This document shows, in pieces, positions 19,601-28,270 of a stretch of DNA of 64,000 nt. A program made the translations under genes and the position numbers. The stretch is from an uncultured bacterium (GTDB lineage Bacteria; Bacillota_I; Bacilli_A; RFN20; CAG-826): positions 183,186 through 247,185 of the forward strand of contig CASGAD010000014.1 in NCBI GenBank assembly GCA_949299335.1. The letters are read 5' to 3'. Under the pieces are notes generated by a model, which searched no databases, was not told where the DNA came from, and saw only the letters and a program-made list of their open reading frames with translations. Every line of letters starts with the position of its first letter. Position 1 is the stretch's first letter.

Positions 19601-19788
19601 AAATTGTACAAATCTTCATCTGTCGAACCGACATTAACGATAGTTTGGCTTTGTGTATTTAAAAAGCCATCGATTTGTGCAGCGTTTTCGGCTGCTATAA
19701 TAGATGCCATAAAGGAAACAACCATAAAAGATGCTGATAATGTTGCTAACCCTTTAAATGCGCCCATTTTTAAATTCTTTTTTGCCAT
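16645..19788 (-). CDS. GH3 beta-glucosidase-family enzyme, reversed domain order, TM anchors at both ends
   Basis: 1047 aa. Motifs of the GH3 alpha/beta-sandwich domain come first: IVLLKNKNNALPL, VVLGRVNSEGRDY, GNPGCYGMNAVADVLDGTVNPSGKLPDTY, PFGFGLSYTTF. Barrel-domain motifs come last: GRTHEYFSEDPVLSS, KHFAFNAIEYNR, VMTAFNRIG, ERGFKGLATTDM. An N-terminal hydrophobic signal/anchor and a C-terminal TM (ALVGTYVVFTFLKRKAD) are present. RBS is AAGGAG. Confidence 0.85.
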   Translation of the reverse strand: MAKKNLKMGAFKGLATLSASFMVVSFMASIIAAENAAQIDGFLNTQSQTIVNVGSTDEDLYNFKSDYSTTKQFVEANKKFAEDVEANGIVLLKNKNNALPLKSTEKKVTLVGKAAYSNVLGGQMGSGAANNSAYAGYEQVTLSAALESNGFEINNTMSEAYKVDTDKNGEAIYRKVSTISGSFGMVTSQDYIDKGWAFDINEVKLSELEAKSSGVTTTGFGDYKTAIVVLGRVNSEGRDYIPGEKGVKSSNAGAKDPLGLSDDERDMIEMAKKQADKVVVLVNSSSAMEIPEVANDDEIDAILWIGNPGCYGMNAVADVLDGTVNPSGKLPDTYVYDNSVSPAAQNWDIFDYANLDKIATTEEDGITYKLDNGVAVPTAVDAQNLRASAYTVYQEGIYVGYKYYETRYFDSIATATSNATSSKGAKEGASKWNYDDEVLYPFGFGLSYTTFEQKLLDVKVDKGSRTITAEVEVSNTGSVDGKEAVQLYVSVPYTNYDKENGIEKSAIQLVGYDKVEVKAKSSTKVTITADLEDIASYDDNNAKTWILDEGNYYFTVGNGSHEATNNVLKHLNHNVDGDADNVKVWKNNSFDKNTLSTSRNGTKVTNQLDDADLNYYKEDEITYLSRSNWDTTFPTRQENLEANEEMIAQLRNKTYEIKEGTVNTKWGVDKGAERLTLAGIKGIEDFDDIRLQSLVEQIDFEDAIHIIAVGGNTTWTLESIENPQAKQADGPNGYSSMGIGGAQRADEENPYYVAEDDEFKNYKLNTTPNAPVVAATFDLDLQLEYGRQIGNMSLWTGGPSIWAGGANQHRSPYEGRTHEYFSEDPVLSSYALLNMIKGAREYGCLVGPKHFAFNAIEYNRYGLSEFMTEQSAREGELRCFQKAFESGECLAVMTAFNRIGASYINGHQGLMQNILREERGFKGLATTDMVNGAYMFRPVETIMGGLTMMANGQGADADLKSEWADVNIEELSKDPVFNNQLQTNMKYQWYAYANSNLLNGMDENTMVIENMTWWKATLISLETIFTITTAALVGTYVVFTFLKRKAD

Positions 19789-19893
19789 TATTTACTCCTT
19801 AATTAGTTTTTATTTACCAAATCATTTGATCAAGATAATTTGATAAAATATCAATTGGAAGAATTAATAATGTAACAGCTTCTTGCGAATGAA

Positions 19894-19907
19894 TGTAAGC
19901 GGTTACA
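19894..19907. promoter_or_regulatory. Catabolite-responsive element (cre) upstream of the GH3 gene
   Basis: TGTAAGCGGTTACA matches TGWAANCGNTNWCA at all constrained positions. It lies about 105 nt upstream of the GH3 start codon. Confidence 0.55.
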
Positions 19908-20045
19908 TTGTCGACACATATACAATAGAATAAAGAAACGATAATGATAATACTTTTGTGCATTTATGATTAAATGATGAAAATTACACCTAACTACATA
20001 CATACGTAAACATAAATGAACAAATTTGAACATTATAAATTTGTA

Positions 20046-20072
20046 TAAAAAAACTACACTAAATCGTGTAGT
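20046..20072 (-). terminator. Intrinsic terminator after rhaD
   Basis: The minus strand has a 7-bp stem ACTACAC / GTGTAGT with a 6-nt loop, followed by TTTTTTT. It lies 10 nt after the rhaD stop. Confidence 0.6.
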
Positions 20073-20081
20073 AATTTTATT

Positions 20082-20906
20082 TTATTTGCAATTTAAGGCG
20101 TCTTCATTAAGTGTTACTTTAAAATCTTTAGCTAAATCAATAAAATTCTCTCTTGTAATTGTTTGCAATTTTGTATTACTCATCGATAAAACTTTAACTA
20201 AAATTTCAGCACTTTTTTCAACCGTATCAACTAATCCAAATGTAGTATCAAAATCAGGACCAGTGCCAAATATGCCATGATGCGCCCAAATAGCAACATC
20301 AAATTTTTCCATTAATTTTGAAGTTGCAACTGCAATATCTTTACCCCCAGGAACCATCCAAGGTACAACTCCTACACCATCTGGAAAAACAACTGGACAT
20401 TCAGTAGCCATTTCCCGCAATTCTCGAGTAAAAACTTCATTTTTTAAAGGTAATACAAACGTTAATGCAATAATGTTTGTTGCATGACAATGATAAACTA
20501 TTCTATATTTATCATTTGTTCTGCGTTTGACTACTTCAAGATTCATCAAATGACTTGGAAGTTCACTTGTAGGTCTACCACCATTTTTTAAGCCCCAAAC
20601 TATTTTAAATTTAGTACCTGTTTCATCAAGTTTAATAATACAAATATTGTCTTCTGGATCAAGTGGCACATTCATCATATATTTACCACTACCAGTTACT
20701 AAGAAATATTCATTTTTTAAAAAAGGAACTTCAGTACCAATATCTTGATAATCACAATCAATTAAGTTTTCTTTGATTAAATTTATTTCTTCGTCCTTGA
20801 TTCTATAAGATAAATTACCTCCATTTCTTTCGTGCCATCCTTTACGATAACCTTCAGCACAAAGTTTAATAAAATCTTGGACAAACTTAGCTTCTAAAAC
20901 TTTCAT
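20082..20906 (-). CDS. rhaD: Rhamnulose-1-phosphate aldolase (class II aldolase)
   Basis: The track start at 20918 is TTG. The ATG at 20904-20906 (MKVLEAKFVQDF...) follows GGAG and lies just after the rhaB stop. N-terminus FVQDFIKLCAEGYRKGWHERNGGNLSYRI resembles the E. coli RhaD N-terminus. Length is ~274 aa. Confidence 0.88.
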   Translation of the reverse strand: MKVLEAKFVQDFIKLCAEGYRKGWHERNGGNLSYRIKDEEINLIKENLIDCDYQDIGTEVPFLKNEYFLVTGSGKYMMNVPLDPEDNICIIKLDETGTKFKIVWGLKNGGRPTSELPSHLMNLEVVKRRTNDKYRIVYHCHATNIIALTFVLPLKNEVFTRELREMATECPVVFPDGVGVVPWMVPGGKDIAVATSKLMEKFDVAIWAHHGIFGTGPDFDTTFGLVDTVEKSAEILVKVLSMSNTKLQTITRENFIDLAKDFKVTLNEDALNCK

Positions 20907-20907
20907 A

Positions 20908-22365
20908 TTAATCTCCAATATTTCTTTTATATACTTTATATTTTTCTTGATACAATTCTATTTCTTTTGGATAATAGACCTCTTTAAAATGATATCGATA
21001 TAATTCTTCCCTAGCTTCATCAAGATTACTAAACTCCTTCCAATAAATCAATTGGGCAAGAGCGTTTCCATAAGCTGTGCCTTCACTTTCACCTATTTCA
21101 ACCTCAATGCCTAAAACATTCGCAATTAATTGATTTAAAAGCTTAGCATTAGATCCACCACCAACAATAATTAGTTTTTTGATATCAAGCTTTGTTATTG
21201 ATTTTAACAACAAAAATTCATCCAAATATTTAAAAGCCATTGATTCATAAATTGATCTTGTTATTTCACCAATAGACATTTCTCCCTTATATTGATTAGT
21301 TTTTTTCAAATAAAGGTAATATTTGTTTAACATATCGTTAGGTTTTTGAAATAATTCATCGTTAATATCAACATATATATCATTATCAGATACCTCTTTA
21401 GACATTTCATGCATGCGTCCGAAAGTTATCTGTTTGTCTTCTTTTTCAAATTCTTTTTTTAATTCTTGTATAATAAATAAACCCATTATATTCTTTAAGA
21501 ATCTAATTTTATTTTCTAAGCCAATCTCATTAGTAAAATTAGCTTTATAACTTTCATCATTTATAATCGGTTTATCAAGTTCTACACCAAGTAATGACCA
21601 TGTGCCACTACTTAAATAAGCTACATTTTTTGTTAAATGCAAACTCGCAATTGCACTAGCAGTATCATGACTTCCAACACTTAATACTTTCACCTTTTTA
21701 AGATTAAATTTTTCAACTAGTTCATCTTTTAATTCTCCTACCACACTAGAAGGAAAAATAATTTGAGGAAAAATTGATTTATCAATTTTAATTAATCCTA
21801 ATAAATAGTCGTCAATCTTTTTTGATATAGGATTATATAATGCTGTTGTAGATAGATTAGTCAATTCAATGTATTTATATCCAGTTAAATAATAGTTAAT
21901 TAAATCTGGTATTAATAATATTTTTTGAGTTCTTCTATTATTTTTATAATCATCAAAAAGTTGAAAAATAGTATTAAAATTTAAAAATTGTATGCCAGTT
22001 TTACCATATATAGTTTTATAGTCTATATTCTTAAGCAATTCAGAACTAGCTTTGAAACATCTTTCATCTCTATATCCAAAAGGTTCGTCAATTAATTCAC
22101 CTGTCTCATTTAATCTACCATAATCAACACCCCATGTATCAACTCCGATTGATTTTATATCTGGATGTAAATTAAAAGCTTTATTTAATCCAATAAGGAT
22201 ATTATTCATGATTTCATTAAAATCCCAATATAGTGAATTATTTTTTACTATTTGACCATTAGAAAATCTATAAATTTCCTCAAAAGAAAATTTATTCATT
22301 TTGTCATAACTAATTAAAGCAAGTCTTCCACTGCTTGCACCTATATCTATTGATAATACCTTCAT
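20908..22365 (-). CDS. rhaB: Rhamnulokinase (FGGY carbohydrate kinase)
   Basis: 485 aa. N-terminus is MKVLSIDIGASSGRLALI. It carries FGGY motifs (GVDTWGVDYG, VGGGSNAKLLNQ). It sits next to rhaD in a rhamnose cluster. Confidence 0.85.
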   Translation of the reverse strand: MKVLSIDIGASSGRLALISYDKMNKFSFEEIYRFSNGQIVKNNSLYWDFNEIMNNILIGLNKAFNLHPDIKSIGVDTWGVDYGRLNETGELIDEPFGYRDERCFKASSELLKNIDYKTIYGKTGIQFLNFNTIFQLFDDYKNNRRTQKILLIPDLINYYLTGYKYIELTNLSTTALYNPISKKIDDYLLGLIKIDKSIFPQIIFPSSVVGELKDELVEKFNLKKVKVLSVGSHDTASAIASLHLTKNVAYLSSGTWSLLGVELDKPIINDESYKANFTNEIGLENKIRFLKNIMGLFIIQELKKEFEKEDKQITFGRMHEMSKEVSDNDIYVDINDELFQKPNDMLNKYYLYLKKTNQYKGEMSIGEITRSIYESMAFKYLDEFLLLKSITKLDIKKLIIVGGGSNAKLLNQLIANVLGIEVEIGESEGTAYGNALAQLIYWKEFSNLDEAREELYRYHFKEVYYPKEIELYQEKYKVYKRNIGD

Positions 22366-22405
22366 AATACTAGCATTAAAATTTTACCATAATAACTTAA
22401 TGCAA

Positions 22406-22470
22406 AATCAAACTTGATTATATATTGAAATTTAAGTTATATTATAATCAAAATAAATCAAGATTAATCA
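22406..22470. promoter_or_regulatory. Operator-like repeats in the rhaB / deoR divergent region
   Basis: Palindrome AATCAA-AC-TTGATT lies at 22406-22419. Three direct AATCA(A) repeats lie at 22446, 22456 and 22466, spaced exactly 10 bp apart. The last forms AAGATTAATCA, which recurs as AAGATTTAATCA at 27117-27128. Confidence 0.35.
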
Positions 22471-22484
22471 AGGATGAACAATTT

Positions 22485-23246
22485 ATGTACGATATTGAAA
22501 GGCAAAAGAAAATATTAGAAATATTAAGTGATAATAAACCATATAGTGTATATAAACTTGCTGAGATGCTTTATGCTAGTGGTGCAACGATTCGTAGGGA
22601 CCTTACCAAAATGGAACAAAAAGGTCTAGTAACAAGAACTTTTGGCGCTGTAATGCTAAATCCATATCCTACCAATAAAGAAATATCATTTGAATTAAGA
22701 GAAAAATCAAATATCACTCAAAAAAGAGCATTGTGTACTAAAGCTGCCGAATTTTTAAAGGATAATATTTCTATTTTTATTGATTCATCTAGTACATTAT
22801 TGCATATAGTACCTTTTTTGAATTCTTATAATAATATAACAATAATTACAAACGGATTATTTATGGCTCAAGAAGTTATTTCTCACACTAAGTGTAATTT
22901 ATATTTATGTGGAGGCAACGTTCAAGCAAATACAAATTCTATTTTAGGTCCAATGGCGATTAATAGTATTCAAAATTTTCATGCTGATTTACTTTTCATG
23001 AGTTGTGGTGGATTTGATTTTGATTTCGGATTTAGTGAATATACCGTTGATTCAGCCGAACTAAAAAAGAAAATGATTGAAAATAGTGATAAAGTTATCT
23101 TAATTTGTGATCATTCCAAAATCAATAAGAAAGTTTTGTTTAACACATGTAACTTAAAAGACATCGATATAATGATATCTAATGCTAAATTTAGCGATGA
23201 TGAAAAAGAAAAGATCAAACAAGCAAATGTAACGTTGGTGCAATAA
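22485..23246 (+). CDS. DeoR/GlpR-family transcriptional regulator (probable rhamnose regulator)
   Basis: The track ORF starts at 22425 with a non-ATG codon. The ATG at 22485 (MYDIERQKKILEIL...) gives ~253 aa, typical for DeoR. The HTH is YSVYKLAEMLYASGATIRRDLTKMEQKGLV. A C-terminal sugar-phosphate-binding domain is present. Confidence 0.85.
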   Translation: MYDIERQKKILEILSDNKPYSVYKLAEMLYASGATIRRDLTKMEQKGLVTRTFGAVMLNPYPTNKEISFELREKSNITQKRALCTKAAEFLKDNISIFIDSSSTLLHIVPFLNSYNNITIITNGLFMAQEVISHTKCNLYLCGGNVQANTNSILGPMAINSIQNFHADLLFMSCGGFDFDFGFSEYTVDSAELKKKMIENSDKVILICDHSKINKKVLFNTCNLKDIDIMISNAKFSDDEKEKIKQANVTLVQ

Positions 23247-23250
23247 TCAA

Positions 23251-23277
23251 AAAAGGTAAGATCAAATCTTACCTTTT
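23251..23277. terminator. Bidirectional intrinsic terminator
   Basis: AAAAGGTAAGAT-CAA-ATCTTACCTTTT forms a 12-bp perfect stem flanked by A/T runs. It sits between the convergent deoR and rhaA genes and overlaps the rhaA stop codon. Confidence 0.75.
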
Positions 23278-24510
23278 TCTTAATACATCGTTTTCGTACG
23301 CTTTTATTTCATCTAGATAGTCATCATTTTGATTTTCTCTAGTTAGGTATTCTTGCCATACATCTTCAAAAGGCAACAATTTAACCTTTTCTTGATAATA
23401 CATTAATTCAGTAAAGTTACCTTCATTTTGTAATTTTTTAAGAAAATCGTTAGGCAATAATAAAGCATAAAGTAATGCTTTTTCAATCGCTCTTTCACCT
23501 GTTACCCAAGCCATTAATCTATTAATCGAAGCATCAAAATAGTCTAAACCAATAATAACTTTATTAATTGCATCGTTTCTAACTATTTCCTTTGCTATTT
23601 CTTTTATTTCATCTTCAAATAAAACTACATGGTCACTATCCCATCTAACTGGTCTAGTTACATGTAAAGCAACTTTATCATAAAAAGCTAGTAAACTTGA
23701 AATTTTATCGCTAACCACTTCTGTTGGATGATAATGACCATTATCTAGTAAGCAACATATTCCTCTTGTTGCTGCGTAATTTTGATAAAACTCATTATTT
23801 CCCACTGTATAACTTTCTACACCAATTCCGAATACTTTGCTTTCAACGGCAACAGTGACCCATTTTTTATCATAATTGCTTAATATTTTATCAAGAGAAT
23901 CTTTAAGTCTTAATCTTGGTCCTAATCTATCAGCAGGTACGTCTTTAAATCCATCTGGTATCCAAATATTAACTAAACATGGTTTACCGAACGCTTTACC
24001 TAATTCAGCAGCGATTTCTAAAGATCTTTTACCATGTTCAATCCAAAATTCTCTAACATTATCATCTGGAGAAGATAATGTTAAACCATCTTTAACCATC
24101 TTATGTCCAAAGAATGTAGGGTTAAAATCTATTCCATCCAAATTTAATGATTTAGCAAAATCTATCCACTCTTTGAAATATTTAATTGTGTACTTATCAC
24201 GGTCAACCTTACCTAAATCATCCCCTAAAATAGCATAGGAAGCGTGCAAATTTAGTCTCTTTTTCCCAGGCATTAAAGAAATTGCTTTTCTAATGTCACT
24301 AAAAAGTTCTTCCTTATTTCTAGCTTTTCCAAAATAATTTCCTGTAGTTTGAATACCACCACTTAAAGCTGATGATCCATCAAATCCTATTACATCGTCT
24401 CCTTGCCAACAATGAACTGAAATAGAAATATTTTTTAAAGTATTAATTGCTTTGTCACAATCTACTCCTATTTTTTCATATATTTTTTTTGCTTCTAAAA
24501 ATCTAGTCAT
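23269..24510 (-). CDS. rhaA: L-rhamnose isomerase
   Basis: The ATG at 24508-24510 (MTRFLEAKKIYEKIGVD...) lies 1 nt after the GH78 stop. The track start at 24543 would overlap that gene. The motif SVHCWQGDDVIGF and a length of ~413 aa fit RhaA. Confidence 0.88.
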   Translation of the reverse strand: MTRFLEAKKIYEKIGVDCDKAINTLKNISISVHCWQGDDVIGFDGSSALSGGIQTTGNYFGKARNKEELFSDIRKAISLMPGKKRLNLHASYAILGDDLGKVDRDKYTIKYFKEWIDFAKSLNLDGIDFNPTFFGHKMVKDGLTLSSPDDNVREFWIEHGKRSLEIAAELGKAFGKPCLVNIWIPDGFKDVPADRLGPRLRLKDSLDKILSNYDKKWVTVAVESKVFGIGVESYTVGNNEFYQNYAATRGICCLLDNGHYHPTEVVSDKISSLLAFYDKVALHVTRPVRWDSDHVVLFEDEIKEIAKEIVRNDAINKVIIGLDYFDASINRLMAWVTGERAIEKALLYALLLPNDFLKKLQNEGNFTELMYYQEKVKLLPFEDVWQEYLTRENQNDDYLDEIKAYENDVLRKR

Positions 24511-24511
24511 A

Positions 24512-27073
24512 TTAAATCCTTTCTTCAAAATTATATTCGCCATTTTCTAATAAATATTTTTTACCACTAGGTAATTCAAGTTCACATTTACTTCCGATTG
24601 GTACTTTAATTGTAATTAAGAATTTATCATTATTTTCAATTTTCCAATTACTAACAATTTTTCCATACTTAGAATATGTGCTTGCATTAATCCATGTTAT
24701 CGAACTTAAAATATTCGGTTTAATCTTAAAATATTTATACCCATTTTCAATCATTTCTATTCCCGCGATTCTTCTATAAAAGAAATCACCAACCGCACCA
24801 CTTGCATAATGATTAAAAGATATCATACCACCGGTTCCATCATCACCAAGATTAACTTTTCCATCTTCTGTTAGTCCATCCCATCTTTCCCGAATAGTCG
24901 TTGCTCCAACCTTTACTTCATATAACCATGAAGGACATTTTGTGTTTAATAACATTTTTTCAGCAACATCTTTTTGGCCATTATCAAATAAAGCAAAAAG
25001 TATATATGGTGTTCCTGGAAATCCAGTACCTATGCAATAATCATTATCTTTAACTAATTTAGCTAAATTTGAAGCAGCTTTCTTTTTTTCATCTTCATTA
25101 AAGATATCGAAATAGATTGGTAATACATATCCTGTTTGAAATTCTTTTAATAACTTACTATTCCCATCTGTAAGTTTATGTTTAAACGCAGAGGAAATAT
25201 TTTTAGAAATTAAACTGTACTTTTCGTAATCTTTTTGATTATCTAATACTAATGCGGCTTTACTACATACATCTGAGCATAATTTCATTGAACAAGTAGC
25301 AGTCCATTTATGTCTCGCTTGCCATTTTGACATTTGATCGCAATCTGGAGCAATCCAATCACCAAAATGAAGCATATTTATTGTGTTGAAAATATATTTA
25401 TTCTTTCCGAAACTAAATAATTTTGACCAAAATAATTCAGCTTTTACGTACTTTTTCATATTTTCATAATATTTTTCTAATATTCTTTTTTCATCTGTTA
25501 TTTTATATATAAAATATGGAATATTAACAATAGCATCACCCCAAAAGTCAATTGCCATTAAAGGCATCGTTAATGGAAAGCCATATCCATTTGATGGAAT
25601 AGTATTAGGGATTCCCCCACCTTTGCCTTGTTCAGACTTAACATCAATTAACCATTTATTTAAAAATCTAGTCATATCAAAGTTAAAGTATGCAGTAGGT
25701 GTAAATACATTTATATCGCCTGTCCAACCCATTCTTTCATCTCTTTGAGGACAATCAGTTGGAATATCTATAAAATTCGATTTACTTGACCACACTATAT
25801 TTTGCTGTAATCGATTAATTAAATTGTTAGAGCATTCAAACTTACCTATTTGATCTAAGTCACTATAAAGTGCATATGCAACTACTTCTATATTTTCTAG
25901 TTCAATACCTTCAATTGAAATATATCTAAATCCCATATATGTGAAAGTAGGCTCAAATTCTTCGATTTCTTTACCTTCACAAATATAAACTATCTCAGCC
26001 TTTGCACTTCTTAATAATTTAGTATTTAAGTCGCCATCATCAGTTAATACTTCTGCATGTTTAACGATTATTCTTTGATTTTTCTTTACATTTTTAACTT
26101 TAAAATGAACAATTCCTGCAAAATTTTGTTTAAAATCATAGATATGTTTATTATTTATGTCATATAAATAATTTGCATTAAATTTTTCATGTTTAATAAC
26201 ATTACAACCTCTATCAGCAATAATTTGTGGATTATATTTTATAGTTTCATATGAAGATTTATGATATCCATTATTTAAAATAGAAATATTCGCATCATAA
26301 ACCTCTCCATCATATAAATCTGCAGATATAAATGGAGTTTTACTACTTACTTCCCAACTATCATCTGAAGGAATAATTATTTCTTCATTGTTGTCATACT
26401 TAATATGTAACTCACAAAGTAAGCACTGTTTGTCATGAATAAATCTATTTTGTCTATTCATAACAAATGAACCAACTGCCCATCCTCCAGCAACAACAAA
26501 AATTAATGCATCACCATTATGTAATTCATTTGTTAAATCGTATGTTTGATATTGTAAATTAGATTTATAATTTGTAAAACCTGGTGCAAAGAATCTATTA
26601 CTTATTTTTTTATTATTAACTAAAACGTCATATACTCCTATACTAGTCGCATAAAGTTTAATCTCTTTTATTTTATTATCTTTAAAGCAAATTGTTTTTT
26701 TGAAAGCCAAAGGAATAGGTGAAACTTTCTTGTCTTTAAAAGTATAAAGCGGATCACTAATCCATCTGCCTTTCCATTTTGTATTTAAAAAACCAGTTTC
26801 AAACTTTAATTCTTTAAAATCATATTCACCAGAATTTGTTTCAACATATAAAATTGCATTATAAGATGTAAAAGGCTTTAATTTAGGACCATTATATTCA
26901 ATACTTCTCTCATCCTTAAATTCAATGCTCCAATCGTCAATTTTTAATCTACATTTTTTTATCTCAACATTATTTAAATCTGAGAATAAGCAAAAAGAAA
27001 AAATTGGATTATATGTGTCAACTACAATTGGCTTTGTCGAATGCTCGATTGCAAATCTTTCGATTTTAATCAC
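24512..27073 (-). CDS. Alpha-L-rhamnosidase (GH78), cytoplasmic
   Basis: 853 aa. It carries the GH78 motif IPTDCPQRDERMGWTGD. No signal peptide. GTG start with AGGAGG 8 nt upstream. Confidence 0.85.
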   Translation of the reverse strand: MIKIERFAIEHSTKPIVVDTYNPIFSFCLFSDLNNVEIKKCRLKIDDWSIEFKDERSIEYNGPKLKPFTSYNAILYVETNSGEYDFKELKFETGFLNTKWKGRWISDPLYTFKDKKVSPIPLAFKKTICFKDNKIKEIKLYATSIGVYDVLVNNKKISNRFFAPGFTNYKSNLQYQTYDLTNELHNGDALIFVVAGGWAVGSFVMNRQNRFIHDKQCLLCELHIKYDNNEEIIIPSDDSWEVSSKTPFISADLYDGEVYDANISILNNGYHKSSYETIKYNPQIIADRGCNVIKHEKFNANYLYDINNKHIYDFKQNFAGIVHFKVKNVKKNQRIIVKHAEVLTDDGDLNTKLLRSAKAEIVYICEGKEIEEFEPTFTYMGFRYISIEGIELENIEVVAYALYSDLDQIGKFECSNNLINRLQQNIVWSSKSNFIDIPTDCPQRDERMGWTGDINVFTPTAYFNFDMTRFLNKWLIDVKSEQGKGGGIPNTIPSNGYGFPLTMPLMAIDFWGDAIVNIPYFIYKITDEKRILEKYYENMKKYVKAELFWSKLFSFGKNKYIFNTINMLHFGDWIAPDCDQMSKWQARHKWTATCSMKLCSDVCSKAALVLDNQKDYEKYSLISKNISSAFKHKLTDGNSKLLKEFQTGYVLPIYFDIFNEDEKKKAASNLAKLVKDNDYCIGTGFPGTPYILFALFDNGQKDVAEKMLLNTKCPSWLYEVKVGATTIRERWDGLTEDGKVNLGDDGTGGMISFNHYASGAVGDFFYRRIAGIEMIENGYKYFKIKPNILSSITWINASTYSKYGKIVSNWKIENNDKFLITIKVPIGSKCELELPSGKKYLLENGEYNFEERI

Positions 27074-27105
27074 AGGATTACCTCCTATAAATAATAACTA
27101 TTATT

Positions 27106-27134
27106 ACATTAATCTTAAGATTTAATCATTTCAA
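27106..27134 (-). promoter_or_regulatory. Putative promoter with embedded palindromic operator for the GH78-rhaA operon
   Basis: The minus strand reads TTGAAA (27129-27134), 17 nt, then a weak TAATGT (27106-27111). The spacer holds the perfect palindrome AATCTTAAGATT (27111-27122) and the AAGATTTAATCA box shared with the deoR leader. Confidence 0.3.
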
Positions 27135-27220
27135 CTTTATGAGCATAAAATGTATTTTAAACTTATACTTAATCACAAATATACATAATTATTCATATTT
27201 GCGCATATATATAATTAAAA

Positions 27221-28194
27221 CTATTTCCCTATAGCAAAGCAACAGTCATTTTCAAATGACAAGTTTATCTTTTTTCTACATTCATCCATTAATTTAATTA
27301 TTTCTAAATTATCACTTAGTCTAATAAATGAAGATTCTTTATTATTTAATGCTAAGTCATTAAAGGTATCATAAAACTCTTTTTGATAAGTTGTTATTGC
27401 CTTTAATAACATCGTTTTTAAAATGGTTATTATATTTAACTACTATTTTTCTTGGTGCATGTCCTTTATAAACTTTTACTGTTCCATTTTGATAATTGAA
27501 AATTAATTTATCTTTAATTTTATTAATTGAACAATTTAATTTAACTTTAAAATCCTTATATATAAATTCAATATTATCAATTAAATCAACATCATGATAC
27601 ACCTATTTTAATATCTAAAGGTTTACCAAACAAAATATAAGCAATTGTTATTAAATATATACCTATATCTAATAAAGCTCCTCCACCTCTAGATTTGTCA
27701 AAAATTCGATTATTTTTAAAAAGTTTTGATTTATATACTGAAAAAGAGAATGTTGTTTCTTTTAACTTTCCAAGATGTTTATTACTAATAACTTCTTTTA
27801 ATGAATAAAAAATATCACTATGAAGTGTCCACATTGCTACACTTACATAGGTATCATATTTTTTATTCATTAATATAACATCATTAATTTCTTTTGTATC
27901 AACTACAATAGGTTTTTCTACTAGAACTGGTATATGATTCATTAAACATATTTTAATATATTCATAATAAGAAGTATGTGGCGTAGTTATATAGACTAAA
28001 CTAAATAAATGTTTATTATTAATGAAGTCTTCAATATTATTAAAAACCTTTGCGTTACATTTCTTTCCTAATTTTAATGCAGTTTTTTTGTTACGAGAAA
28101 ATATTGCGGAAATTTTAAAATTTCCGCAATAATTAAGTATTTTGCTTACTTTGAAAGGAATTGCACCACTGCCAATTACACCAATTTTATACAT
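27221..28194 (-). pseudogene. Frameshifted Gfo/Idh/MocA-family oxidoreductase (paralog of 29889..30848)
   Basis: Three consecutive ORF fragments (27592..28194, 27369..27602, 27221..27412) align collinearly with the intact 319-aa paralog at ~75-80% identity by eye. Frame breaks lie near 27600 and 27390-27410. Confidence 0.8.
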
Positions 28195-28270
28195 AATAGA
28201 AAGAGCTATACTAACTTATACATCTCATAAATCGACATACAAAACTTGGTCTTTTAAATTTTCAAATAAA

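Noticed and set aside
19851-20033. A 60-aa Cys/His/Arg-rich ORF in the GH3-rhaD intergenic region.
   Set aside because: It has no RBS and an odd composition. It spans the cre site and probably the GH3 promoter region. Non-coding regulatory DNA explains it better.
27221-28194. Treating the three ORFs 27221..27412, 27369..27602 and 27592..28194 as separate small genes.
   Set aside because: Together they align end to end with the intact 319-aa oxidoreductase paralog. They are fragments of one frameshifted gene.
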